A stretch of DNA of 57,245 nucleotides, filler included, from Basidioascus undulatus (taxonomy: Eukaryota), in the NCBI GenBank assembly GCA_000826855.1. It is 4 parts of 4 records of this genome, joined end to end, with 100 filler letters (N's around TTAATTAATTAA, not from the genome) between each part and the next. Parts side by side here need not be neighbours in the genome. Positions count along the whole stretch, not along the records: positions 18,553 to 47,974 come from JTLS01000129.1; 3 more parts are not named here. One strand, 5' to 3'. Shown here piece by piece: positions 24,539-37,134 of the stretch (within the stretch, counting starts at the first letter, position 1; each line of letters begins with the position of its first letter). The notes beneath the pieces are model-generated. The model worked only from the letters and a program-made list of their open reading frames with translations, was not told the DNA's origin and searched no databases. The position numbers were made by a program, and so were the translations under genes.

Positions 24539-25191
24539 GATGTAAAGCAATGGGACGCACTGACCGGAACAGTCATGACTGCTGTAGGTGATGGGCGAGC
24601 GCGGATGAGGTGAATGGACGTTCAACGCTGGAGCGGTTGCGAATGAGGCCTCGTTATGCAGATGGAAACCGTTCCGGTACAAGAAGTAGCATTTCTCGTG
24701 TGTGAGGTGGAGAGCGGTGGAGCCAGCTTCGTCCTCAAAAAAGCGATCGCCCTCGTCATCGGTCATCATGCAGCTCACGGCCGTCAGTGTCCACTGTCCT
24801 GAGATTATCGGTTTCGTCGGTACCGCATACATGTACTGAATGATACTCATTAATACAGCTTCTACACTGATACTGGCTGACAGCCAACACATACGCTGGC
24901 CAAAGTCTGACACGGTTGCGTACATGCAAAGAAAACGCAGTTCCCGTAACGCCCACGAGCATTGCAATTAGAACGTGCTCATGCTTCCGGATGCCAGGTG
25001 TGTCGTTGTTGGAAGGCAAAGAAAGACGCGAGTTGACATCTTTATAAAAAAATCCTATTCTTTCATCGCGACTGCTCCTCTTCCACAGGCAAGCGGTCAC
25101 AATTCACTGTTTGCGTGCGCGCTGCAGTGCAAGTTGTGCACCCTCGAAACATCACACAGTGAAAAGAATTGACGAAACGGTCTCAAAGTAC

Positions 25192-27422
25192 TCATGCAAT
25201 AATCTGTAATCCAGCCGTACGCCGCCGCTCTCCAGCACCATGCCGGCCCTGCCGTGCGTCCCCCCCTTCTCGAGCACGCTCGCGGGGTTGGAAACCCGCG
25301 GCACTGGGCTTGGTGTACATCTTGGCCTCTTCGTCGCCTTCCCAAATGACGTAAGGCTTCTCCTTCGGCGGCTTCGGGACAAGGAGTTTGTACGTGAGGC
25401 AATGGTGGACGGTCATCGCGCTGTTTATAAGCCAAGCGCAAAACACGAAGAAGAGCCCGATCATATGGATCACTCTAGGGCGACGGAACTAACTCAACAA
25501 TGACCCCAGCTTGGCCGTAAAGGGATTCGGAGTGCACTCACAAAAATGTTTTCGAGGGCAACATTTGACCAAGACGAGCGGACGCCATGAAGAATCCCGT
25601 GAGCTGAAGAAGAAACGCGCTCGGTTAGCGCTCACCCACGAAGCTGGAAGGCCGTTTTCTGGCGGGTTTCAAATACAGGGAATGTAAAACTCCACCAGCC
25701 CATTGACCACTCGATCTTTCGGTCCAGGGCGATAGACGTCACAAACAGTAGCAGCGGGGTGAACAGCAGCCAGACCGACATGCCCTACGGAATGCACCTG
25801 GGGTAGTTAACACATGTACTTGTCGTATTAGAACCTCGTGAATGATGACACGCACCCAGAGAATGAGAGCGAACCAAACGGAGACGTATTTGAAGACAGC
25901 TGCTCCTTGCTCGCCGCTCAGGATGCCCGCAGCAGGAAAAGCTCGTCCAGCCGCTGACCCAAGTCCAAGGAACGCGAACGCGGTAAACCCGGATGGACCG
26001 ACGGCCATCAGAAGACCGGGCAGCGAGCCTTGCGAAGGATTCGGATTGGTCATCAAGCGCCCCATCCAAACCGACAACCTGCGCAACCTGCGTAAGCGCT
26101 GTGAGATCAATAGGAGTCATGTCCGCACGTACTTTAATAGAGACATCATGAAGCCCATGCCCTGAGTAATGTACGAAAGGATTATCACGTAGCCCGCTTG
26201 CTGCGCGGGCAGCGTTGGAGCGAGCGCGGATCCTAGAGTCCCAGCAACTGTGGACCGGTGATTATACGGCATCGATACAACAGCGTCAGCTCCCATGGGA
26301 AACAGGTAAACAGTGTACAAGGGGATGACTCAACGCATCAAGGGGAAGACGGGTAGCAGGTCAGCAGGAGTTATAGTCGCGATGGAGCGGAGACGGCCGC
26401 GACTGAATAACCATGATGGGGTTGGTGAGCAATCGAACAGAGCTGAATTCAAAGAGATATATGGCTTCGTACACGGTCCATTGCAGAAGCATTCCGACAA
26501 CCAAGCCTGCTGCGATCTTTGGAATCAGGCGGCGTAAGCGAAAGCAATGCCAAGCGAGAAGAGAAGACCCTAAGCCACGAACGTCTGCATATTAAAAGCC
26601 ACGACCGATGTCCCTTTGGTTAATTAGAGTGCCCTTGATTGCGGTATCAATCAAGACGACGAACGTACAAATGAACCAGACGACATACATCGCCCGAGTG
26701 AGCCAAAAGCCGCAGTACGGCACGCCGTAATCGATCACGCCTGAGGGAGGATATATTATTTCAAATATGGGGAGGGACTGGTCCGGACTGCCGCTGTATA
26801 GGGGCTCGGTTGCACGCTTACAGACGAAAAGCGTAGCGAATGCCAGGTTCACGCACGGCAGCTGCGCAGTAATGAGTGAACGCGTCATTCTCGCGAAGCC
26901 GATAGACCTTGAAACATAACAACATACATAAATACCGTCCTCGTGATTAAAGAGGCTGGCTTTGAACGCCTGTGGATGGAAAACGGCCCGTGACAAAATG
27001 CCGCAGACGTTGACCTGCGGATGGCCGTCAGCCTGCTACCAAATCGCATGAAGTGGGAGGGGCTCACCACAAAGAGGACGAGGTCAATGAAGAAGAATAT
27101 TGTGCCCAGTTCCCGCTGTCCCTTGAACTTGAAGGGACACCCGCCGATAAGAATGCCGACCGCTCCGGTACCCATGTTCGCCGTGAAAAAGCTGGCCACG
27201 GCACCGGCAGTAGCCCATGATGAGCGGAAAGCGATGGGAAGGATGGTAGACGGCTTACTTCCACGTCCAATACTCGCTCCTGGCTATCCATCCGCGTGGT
27301 TGTCGCCCAGCATCCTGTTGTCCCTTCTCCGCACTCCCCTGCTTCTCCCTTTCGTGCTTCTGGGCCGCCTTTGATACTGGAGAACATGAGCGACTGCGCG
27401 TTTGATTGGAGCGCATAGTCAT
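25192..27422 (-). CDS. SLAC1/TDT-family C4-dicarboxylate (malate) transporter, similar to S. pombe Mae1
   Basis: Spliced WTWN|FFTANMGTGAVGILIGGCPFKFKG..LGTIFFFIDLVLF, HPQAFKASLFNHEDG, LLPVFPLM, QGMGF, PGLLMAVGPSGFTA, and multiple hydrophobic helices. Confidence 0.9.
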
Positions 27423-28050
27423 AATCGTGTGAAGTGAACGCTGTGCGGTGGGGGAAGGCTGCAGAAGCGCGACAATGGGAATGTCGTAGAACTCACTTCG
27501 AGGACCACGGCGCATCGATCGCGAACTTCTTGGCTACAGAAACGCTCCAATACCACCTTGTCGTTCCAACTCTACAGCATAATATTCAGTCGCTGAAAGA
27601 GTTCGGAACCGCTGACGTCGCTACCTTATCCACAGTCCGGGGCAGGGGTGGCCGCCACAACGCCGCCGCCTTTACTTCATTGCTCTGCCGCTCTCCGCCT
27701 GTCCTTCCGCTCTTCGCCGCGTCCTACGAGCTCTTTGGTCATATCCTTATGCAGTCTGTCAGTCAAGATAGAACAGTTCTGCCCGGGTACCTCGCGCCAC
27801 ACTCCTGGCGGCGGGCCTCGACCTCGAAGCGTCATTCATTCGCATATCTCTTCGCCATGCTGTGAGCGAGCGCTCCATCCGCTCCTTCATGGGCCGAGAT
27901 GTTCTCCTTTCCCTTTCGACATCATTACAAGCCCAAAATATTATTCACCACATCTGTTTGTTTGTTTTTCACCTACCACTGGCCACTCGACGTTGCTCAT
28001 TCGCATTGACTCAAACTAATTAGCCCTCGTTTCGATCGCGCTTCACATTC
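27423..28050. promoter_or_regulatory. Shared divergent promoter region between transporter and malic-family enzyme
   Basis: 628 bp between two outward-facing ATGs. Confidence 0.6.
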
Positions 28051-30896
28051 ATGCCTATCAAGCCTGAGCGTTCCTTCCGCTCAAACGAGCCCGTGAAGAC
28101 GCACCTCAAAGGCGCTGCACTTCTGCAAGACCCGATGGTAAACAAGGTGAGTATTGGCCGTCTACAACAACCTCTCGCACTTGGCTGAACCAGTCTCGCT
28201 CGCAGGGTTCGGCATTCACCCGCCAGGAGCGCAAGCAGTTCGACCTCGAAGCTCACCTTCCCTACGAGTAAAGGACGTTTGCTTTGTTGCGAGGGCGGTA
28301 CTGAATGTCGCTCAACCCAGGGTCCACCCCATCGAGTATCAACTCGAACGCGCCAAGGCACAACTGGACGATCAGGTAATACCAGCTCGCTTAGGCTTGA
28401 GATATTGTCTAGAATTACGAGCTTATATTCCGCGCGCCTGCAGCCCAACGATGTATTGAAGCACGCTTTCCTTGTGTCTCTGCGCGAGCAAAACCTCGTT
28501 CTGTTTTACCGCCTTGTGCTCGAAAATGTGGGTATTCTACCTTTCGCCCCCATCATATCACATCTCATTCTGCTAACCGCCGATTCCCCATTGCAGTTGA
28601 AGCAGCTTCTTCCCATCCTGTATACTCCCACAGTGAGCGCGGCTGTCAAGAAGTGGAGCCAGCTGTTCCGGCGTCCAGTTCGTTGCTTTTTCTAAACGCT
28701 TGCGCGGCAGATGCTTACCGGGGTTTTTTTGCACGGATGTCCAGGAGGGCGCATATATTTCGTATCCCCACTTTGAACCGTCAGACCCGAAGACTATTGA
28801 GCGCCTCCTCGCGACGCATGCTCCTCCGCCCGGGATCGAAGAGGGCAAGCGGCCGTTTGATCTGGTCGTCGTCACCGACGCGGAACAGATTCTGGGCATC
28901 GGAGACCAGGGTGTAGGAGGTGCGTATGCCATCAAATCTTCGAACATCTATGACTTACCCGTCGTCTAGGCATGTCAATCTCTGAGGGAAAAGCGGCATT
29001 GTATACGCTCGGCGCCGGTATTGTCAGCGAAGCGTTCTCTGATGAACCCGTTCCCAGAAGACATTTGTTGACATGAAGCTTCATGGATAGGATCCCGCTC
29101 GAATCCTGAGTGTTCAGCTGGACGTCGGCACCGACAACAAAGAGTGGGTCGACGATCGTTGTATTTCCACCATGCCTTTACCGACGCTCAGCTAATCCTT
29201 TCGTTGCAACAGTCACCTGAACAGTGCGTATTTCTCGTCTGCTCCGTGGATAAAATTACTTGCTAAACTTTAGATTGTAGACAAACTCTACCTCGGTTGG
29301 AAGCACGAGGTGAGAAGGCTTCCATCACGTTGAGCGAGCTCGGGCTGAGGACGACTCCTGGCGTGACAGTGTGTTCGAGGCGATGATTACGATGCATTTG
29401 TCGACGCGTTCGTCAAGGGGGCCCAATCGCTGTGGCCCGGTGTCCTCATTCATTTCGAAGAGTACATACGTTTACCACTACAAGTATCGGAGACATAAAG
29501 CTGACGCTTCCTACAGTTTCGGCCGCGAGAACGCTGCCCGCCTTCTCGTACGCTCATCAAGCTTCGCTTAAGAAACGCCGGTTTCGAGTCTGAATTATCC
29601 ACTCAACCCTTTCCAGGACAAGTACCGCAAGGACATCCCGGTCTTCAATGACGACGTCCAAGGCACGGGTTGCGTCGTCTTAGCGACGCTTCTTGCGGCA
29701 ATGGGCTCGCAGAAAAGCAAGCTCGCAGACCAGAAGTACCTCATCTACGGCGGCGGTACTGCCGGAACCGGTATCGCTGACTGGAGTGCGTAGTCTGTCA
29801 CAGCGTAGTGCACAGGATGCTGACAGTGGGAAATTTACAGTTACCCGTGCCATGGTTCAGCTGGACGGTGTCAAGGAGGAAGATGCCAAGAAGCAGATCT
29901 GGTACGTCGACGGCCAGACATACCGTATGTTGACGCTTTTATGGCTTCTGAACATATGGGTCGCGGACTTCAGGCTGGTCGATCAGCAGGGCCTGTTGAC
30001 GACCTCGACGCCCGATGTCGTCGAGCATCAGAAGCCTTACCTCCGCTCGGCCGACGAGGTCAAGGGCTGGTCTTCCAACGGCGACAAGATCGATCTGTTC
30101 GATGCGGTCAAAAGCGCGAAGCCAACCGTGCTCATCGGCACCAGCGGGCAAGCTTCCTCGTGGGACAAAAAGTTGGTGAAGACAGTGCTCGCAGGATTAG
30201 AGGTCGATCAGCGGCCGATTTTCGTGAGACTTGATTCCATATTCTTTATTACTCTGAATCAGTCGATTCCTAACTCGTCTTTGTTCTGTAGATGCCTCTG
30301 AGCAACCCGACGAAGCTGGAGGAGGCGACGCCGGGTAAGCTTCTGCCTTGCGTGTGATGATGCGAACTCAACTTGAACCCTGTATGACGGAACCTTTCAC
30401 AGACAATCTCATCGACTGGACCGACGGACGCGCTCTTGTTGCGACCGGTTCGCCCTTCCCGCCCGTCAAGCACCCGAAGTCGGGCAAAGAGATTGAGATT
30501 GGCGAGGCCAACGTGCGTACTTCCTGCATGCCTCATGCTTACCGTCCTCTATTCACATGTAGAAAATAACAGAACGCGATGGTCTTCCCTGCGCTTGGGT
30601 TTGGTACCATTCTGGCGGGCGCAGAACGGCTGTCCGACTCGCTCATGCTTGCCGGAATCCGAACGCTCGCGAATGTATCGCCCGCGCACAACGACCCCGG
30701 GAACGGCGCGCTTCTTCCCGACCTGAGCCAGGTCCGCGAGGTCAGCGTCAAGATCGCTTCGGCCGTCGTCGCGCAGGCTGTGAAGGACAAGGTCGCGCGG
30801 CGGAAAGACATTCCGGACAACGACGAGGAGCGGGAGGACTGGACAAGGCGGGCGATGTGGGTCCCGGAGTATCGTCCTCTCGAGTATCTCCAGTGA
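28051..30896 (+). CDS. Malic enzyme family oxidoreductase/decarboxylase (NAD-type, malolactic-like motifs), about 18 exons, no mitochondrial presequence
   Basis: Spliced NK|GSAFT, ILYTPTV (catalytic Tyr), VVTDAEQILGIGDQG, ISEGK (catalytic Lys), HFEDFG, FNDDVQGTG, YGGGTAG, PLSNPT, ATGSPF, EAN|NAMVFP, MWVPEY. Confidence 0.95.
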
Positions 30897-31394
30897 TTGC
30901 GGCGGGACACGCTTGAATAGTTTTGTAATGTTGGTCGGAGAACATTGATCCTGGCGTTTCGCCGCAAGTGATGAAGTTCCGCAGCGAGCACCCACCAAGT
31001 CGTCCGTTTCAACGCCAGAAAGCAATTTCACCAGCAAGCCGCGAATACAGGTACATCATGAATGGGTATCAATTTTCGCAGCGCAAGCAGGTCATAACGA
31101 TCGTCGTAAAGTGAGAAGCAACACGGAGAAGGGGGAATCGGAATGAAACAGCCAGATCGCGAAGTGCGGAAAGAATGGCGAGGAGTTGAATGCGAGCGAA
31201 TGAGAGAATGAGGACTCATGTGGGTGAAGGCGTGGGACGCAGTGAATGTGTGAGTGTGTGAAGAAGACGGTGAACGATGAACGATGTGCGATGCGCGAAC
31301 TTGGAAGATAAGAAGTGAAGCAGCACTAAGTGTCCAGAGCAATTTAACAAAAGAAGAAAAGGAACATGCGACTGGAGGGAAGAATGCGAAGAAC

Positions 31395-34079
31395 TCAGAA
31401 GCGGAGACTGCCGCTGTTGCCCGATGACGACGAGGACGTGGTCGTCTGGATCGTAGTCGAGCAGTGGTTGTTTGCGTTCGAGGGGATGCAGCTGAGGTAG
31501 ACACACCACGAGCAGCCGGAGGAAGGGTCTGCGTTTCACGAGATGCCACCGCCCATTGTTCGTCAGTACCCCACGGAACAACCGAGAGAGAGGATACCGA
31601 AGGAGAGGGCGGAAAAGGGGAAGAAAACCTACCGTCCTTTTCGAAGTTTTTGGCGAGGACGATGAAGAGCACGATGGACACTACGAGCGCGGCGATACGG
31701 CAGATCCAGAGGATCGTCGTGTGCCTGTTTAGTCCCCCGAGCCAGCGTCAGACCATGCGGGAGAGTAAGGGGAGGATAACAGGAAGAAGTAATCGCCGCG
31801 GGACAGGGAGAATGAGAACGAGCGACGCACCGCTTCGACTGCGTGATCACAGGGAGGAGCACGACGCTGAGCAAGAAGCCCTGGACCCATCCGCCGATGT
31901 GCGCAAAGTTGTCTGCGGACCCATTATCAAGTTCAGCTCCTCATTTTTTTCATTCTTCTTGAAGACGTTGTGCGTACCGAGGTAGGGGATGAGGCCCATG
32001 GCGAACTGAGAAAGGCAGCACGCGCGTCAGCGAGAAGGCCGGATGGGGCTGGGATGCCAAGGCGGGGTTGCGGGATAAAGAACGGGGCCGAATCAAGAAT
32101 CAAGAATACATGGGAAGGGGACCACGCACGATGAACACCAACTCGACGAGATGGATGATGAGCATCCTCCCCGGGTTGCGCTCGAGCCGCCAGTGCGCTA
32201 CGAGGTCGACGAGGTTGACGGCGATCGTGCCCACTGTGGGCGAGGGCCGGGAATTAGCGTTAATTGCGGTCAGTAGGCGAGGGAAGGACAGCAAGGAGGG
32301 GACGTAGAGGGGAACACGCACTGATAGCGCCCGACGCGCCCGTAGACGGTGTGTTCATAGCCGAGAAGTTACCGCCTGCACATCACACACCATCCCCAGG
32401 TCAGCCACCGCGCGGTGGCGAGAACAGAAGAGCGCAGCGCAACCGAGGATGTTCCCAAAGACCCCGGCGCAGGTGTACAAGACGGCCTGCGCAGTCATCG
32501 CGGTTTAAACATCAGCATTCGAAACCACTCCGAGCGGAGTTCTGGGGGACGCACGAATCCGAATGTGCCCATCATCTGCGACCACCGTCCGATCAAGGTC
32601 CACGACTTCGGGGAAGATAGACAGAAAAGATCTACGCACCCGTTCCGCTTGAGCGCTAACTACGAGCAGGCCAAGCATATTAAGGACGAGATGGAGAATC
32701 CCAGCATGCAAGACTGCGCTCCCCGAAGCCCACGGCCGTCCATCTCAGCCTCCAACCCTCTCGCTTGTTGTAAAGGAAAGAGAAGAGTGCGACCACTTAC
32801 AAACAGGCAAGATGAACCTCCACCTCTGCGCCGGCTTCTCGCCCTCCTGCATCCCGAACCCGCACACAGTCGCGAGCGTCGAGTTGCTCGCTGTACCGCG
32901 CGAGTCGTGGATGTCGGGCCAGATGGAGGCGGTCAGGGGCGAGGGGATGCCTTCGACTGGCACCGTCGTCATGCAGGGCCGGTACCGCGCGCCGGTGCGG
33001 ATTAGGTTGGCGGGTGTCTGGAGGGTGAAGGTAGGAGGTCAGTATTCGGGCTCGGGCAAGAGAGAGAAGGGATAAGACGGACCGGTCCGCCCATTGGGTT
33101 TAGGGAACCGGGTGCGAAGGGCGAGCCCGTGTTGTTCTTGTTTTGGACGATCTCGATGATGAGCGCTATGCAGCAGCCGACGGCGACTGGTGAGTCGGGG
33201 GTGACCGAAGGCGGTGCAAGGTGAGCAGGAGAGAACGGGAGTAATTGGTATTTAGGTGGGAAGGTACACACTGGCCCAGGTCAGAATCGGAAATCTCTGC
33301 CTAAAGATTCCCCGCCTGCTCTCCTACCACTTGCATCAGCTCCGCTCGCCGCCCTCTCCCTCTTCAACCCAAGCTTACCTCCGGTTCTCGATCTGCTGTT
33401 CGACCGGGTACTTCCCCTTGTCCGCCGTAAACGGGACCATACCCCTCCACCCCTGCTGGCCCCACGCATTCCCGAACGCGCGGTTCTCGTTGAACGGCTC
33501 CCCGCCATGGGGCGGCGGGAGGGGCGCGCCCGCCTCTGCGTAGTCGAGGTTCGCGCGCGGCTTGTGAGACGAGTAGTCATCGTACGCGGGGTAGGCTGAG
33601 GGCGTGGTCGCATCCCAGGGGTCGTGTGGGGTGTACGTCCCCGCGGGTGGGGCGGCGTAGGAGGTCAGGGGCGCGTCGTAGGCTGATGTGGGCGGGGAGT
33701 GGGAGGAGGGGTAGGGGTAGGTGTGGGCGTTAGGGGATGCAGATGTGTACGGCGCGTGCACGTTGGACGCCGAGTCGTGTGGAGCGAGCGTGCGCGAGTC
33801 GTCGTACAGGTCTGCGAATGTGGGGTGCTGCTGCTGGGGCTGCTGTGAACCCGCTCTTCAGCTTCCACCAAAGGAGAGGCACCATCGAAAGAATGGACGC
33901 ACATATCCGTATCCCCCGTATCCCGCATCTACGTCCCCGCCGCCTCCTGCTGCTGGCCCTGGAGGACCACCAAGATGGCTGCCTGCCGGCGGCGAGAATG
34001 GCGGGTCGTGCTGGCCGAGCGTGTCCTGCCTCTGCGGAAGCGAGTGGGCGCTGTACGGTGTGTAGGCCGGGTACGTCAT
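31395..34079 (-). CDS. Rhomboid-family intramembrane serine protease
   Basis: Pro/Tyr-rich N-terminus; NPMGGP, GARYRPCM, CGFG, QRWRFILP, HAGILH, catalytic GASG and DNFAHIGG; ends WCRYLSCIP...LRF*. Confidence 0.9.
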
Positions 34080-35898
34080 GGTTTTTTGTTCTCCTTTACT
34101 GCTTTTGACGTGCAGAAAGCAAGAAGAAGAAAGGCGATGATGGTTGTGATGGTCGAGATCGAAGAAAGCCGTGCTCCGGCGCAGCGGGAGGCAGTGCCTC
34201 CCTCCGCCGAGAGAGTCAGGGGCCCAACACGCGTCGACGAGGCGCACACTTGAAACGCATTCAATTTACGGTAACAACTTTATTATGGGAATAGTGACAC
34301 TATGGTAACACAACTCTACAATGACGTCGTTTGCAGCATCGCGCTCGCGCAGTCGACTGCGCTGGCTGAAAGCTGTTAACAAAAATGAAAATTTGCATGG
34401 AGTCTTGCGCGGCGCTGCGGTTGAATGGAAGAAGAGATTCCCAACCTGCACCGGTCCACGGTCGAAGTTGCAGCTCAGCGGAACCGGCTTGGACTACCCG
34501 CGTCGTAGTGTACGACTCGCTGTCCCTCAAGCTAAGCGTGGTCCAGGTGTCCGTCGGCCCGCCCGGGCAATGCCGTAGGGGCATAGCAGTTCTGTAGCCT
34601 TGAGAGTAATGACCAATGCTTGACCCATGGTAGACGCGCCCGGTTAAGCCTTCAGAAGCGCTGATGGTCACCGTCGACGCCTATGCGCATGTTGCAAGGC
34701 GAGCCCGCGCGGGAGAAGTGTTCCTCGCTGGTCCACTGACAAGCGCTTCGTTGAGAGGAACAAGTCTGGCCTTGATAGCACTGAGCGAGCATGGAACATA
34801 CGAAAGCAACGATGTGGGGCATTGCGCTGGCCAGTGTCGATGGTACGATACGACGCACACGGGACAAAAAGATAAAATCACAACAGTATTTCAATGAGAA
34901 GTCAGGCTCTAGTTAAAGAATGAGTATCATGATCTCCTGAGGTATGTGACTGTAACGACGGCGGGGTACGAGACGAGGAAAGGAAAGTGGGAGAGGCGGC
35001 AGTGGCACGGAAGGGGACTCCGAATGAAGAAGTGGTGCGCGGTCGTGAGGCGTAACAGTCGAAGAGGAGGGTTTCCTGCGATGAGAATTGGCAAGACCTT
35101 TAGAGAAGAGGTCCAGGAAGTCTAACGAGGAAAGAAACGATGGACGTGAACTCCCATCTTCGACCCCTCACTACCGACTGTTCGTACTTGCGGTGCTGTG
35201 TCCGGGCCATGCCGCCCTCACGATTCTGATTGACTGTCAAGGCTTGAATTCAGCGGTCCGAAAGCAAGTCTTCAGCAGGCTCTCAAGGAATCCGAGTGTT
35301 CATATGCGACCTTCTGCCAGCGAGCTCAACGCAAGCCCAGCTGCCCCCCGGCTGGCCCAGCCCCGCAGTGCACGCTCGGCTTTTTAATATCTGGCGACTT
35401 ACCCGCGTATTCGTGTACCACTTTGTTTAATAGGTCAGAACTTACGGTCCAACGAGACAAGAGGCAGACCTTCCCGTAAGCTTCAAGGTCTGCCGGGGTA
35501 CTGCACAATTTGGCTCCCGCGACATCATTCACATTAGAGAACCTAAACTGACCGAGTATAGAGACAATCACTCCAATCGACTCCCACTAGTTGGGGTACT
35601 CCTTGAAAGAGAGCCTCAAAGGGTAGTTGCCGCAGATTACTTCGCAGACTACGGCGCCGAGCTGCACCCTAACCAAATGTGAGAGACGTCTTCAACACAT
35701 CTGAGTTCCGATCCCAAAATATATTCCCTGAAGTCAATCTGTCATATATGCATGTACATGTCTGCTCTTAACCTCACTTGAGCAAGTTCGGATCCACCCT
35801 AAGCGGAACGGTGGCGCCTGCAAAGCTCTGTGGTCAGCTGTTGTGGAATGTGCAAATTCCGTCGCCATTTTTGTGGTTCAAAGTTGGGACTGGAAAGG

Positions 35899-37134
35899 TC
35901 ACTCACGGTCACCAGGCTTGGCAGGATGCTCATATTTGAGGTCCACGTACATCCGGGTACTGTCCAGTAGGATGTCGATGGGCTTGCCTGGTCGAAGCAA
36001 TGTTCAGTTTCCCACCTAGGAACCTCAAAAGACGATGGAAATGCCGTACTCAGAGCATCCGCAAGGACCTGTGCGGTCTTGCCCTCGTGCGGCTTGTCAG
36101 GGTGAGGGCGTGTAGGTGCAATGCGTCGCGACTGTCTCAACCCGCTATCAGCGAGTGATGTCGGAACCGCGACTGCAGAGAATCATGACCTTCAAAAACT
36201 CTGTTTATTTTGCACCCCCATTATTTACTCTGTCTCGCTCAGCGTCCGGACAGAGGAGGACGTACTTTCCGCTAGCCGATGATTCTCGCCTGGCGGCAGT
36301 CGCTCGAGCAGCGCGGGCAGCAACTTCTGCTCCTCAAACGTGGCGTGATCGATGAAGGTACGCATGGCTCTCTTGAGCACTGTTGATACTCGACTATGTG
36401 AGATAATCTGGCCACCGCGATCAAGTTAAGGGAGTATCCCGGCTTGCCTCGTTCAAAATCGACCTCCTTCGCAACAGGCTCGAAGTCGACCTCTTCCGAA
36501 GCCCGCTTCTCCAAAGCCTACCCAAACGGTGTGATGATGTAGAAACAGAAAGGGTAGTCATGCATCGAAAGAGAGAGCGACGTACCAGCCACAACTCCTC
36601 GACGTGCTTGTGCTCTTTCCTCGCTTGGTTCGCTTCCTTCGCCTTTCCGATCGTCTCCATGTAATCGTAAACCTGTTCTTCGTAAAGAGTTAACTACCTC
36701 CTTACTTTTCAGGGGTGAATGAGATAGGTAGCTGGCTCACCGATAGTTCCTCGGCCTCGACATGCACCGCCACCTGGTTGCATGCTGAGCCCGGCTGCTT
36801 TGGCCAGGGTACATGAGTAGGCATCTCAACGTACCTCCCGAATGAGGGTGTTCTTGATAGCAGTTTTAGACTCCTCAACATTCCCTTTTTTCCACCAACG
36901 GTTGTATAAATCTTTGATGTTGTTGTGGTCGATGACTACCTGGAATTGACTGTCATCGGTCTGGCCCTCCCCATAGCCCAGCGAACCTCGGCATGTACAA
37001 AAACCGTGCCGTACCTCGCGGTATGTGTCAAGTTGCGGAAAGGTTGCAACCGTGGCGCGGGCAGCGAATGCAGTGCGTGCGGCTGCTGTTTGAGGTATGG
37101 ATCGGAGTGAAGTTGAGCAGAGAATGCGGGACAT
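35899..37134 (-). CDS. Hemerythrin/HHE cation-binding domain protein with predicted mitochondrial presequence
   Basis: Spliced DHNNIKDL, LIRE|VAVHVEAEE, KEHKHVEE, DHATFEEQKLLP, APTRPHP, and YVDLKYEHP near the C-terminus. One GC-AG intron is required. Confidence 0.85.

Noticed and set aside
34300..35700. Coding-like fragments between rhomboid and hemerythrin
   Set aside because: Stop-interrupted with no family assignable.
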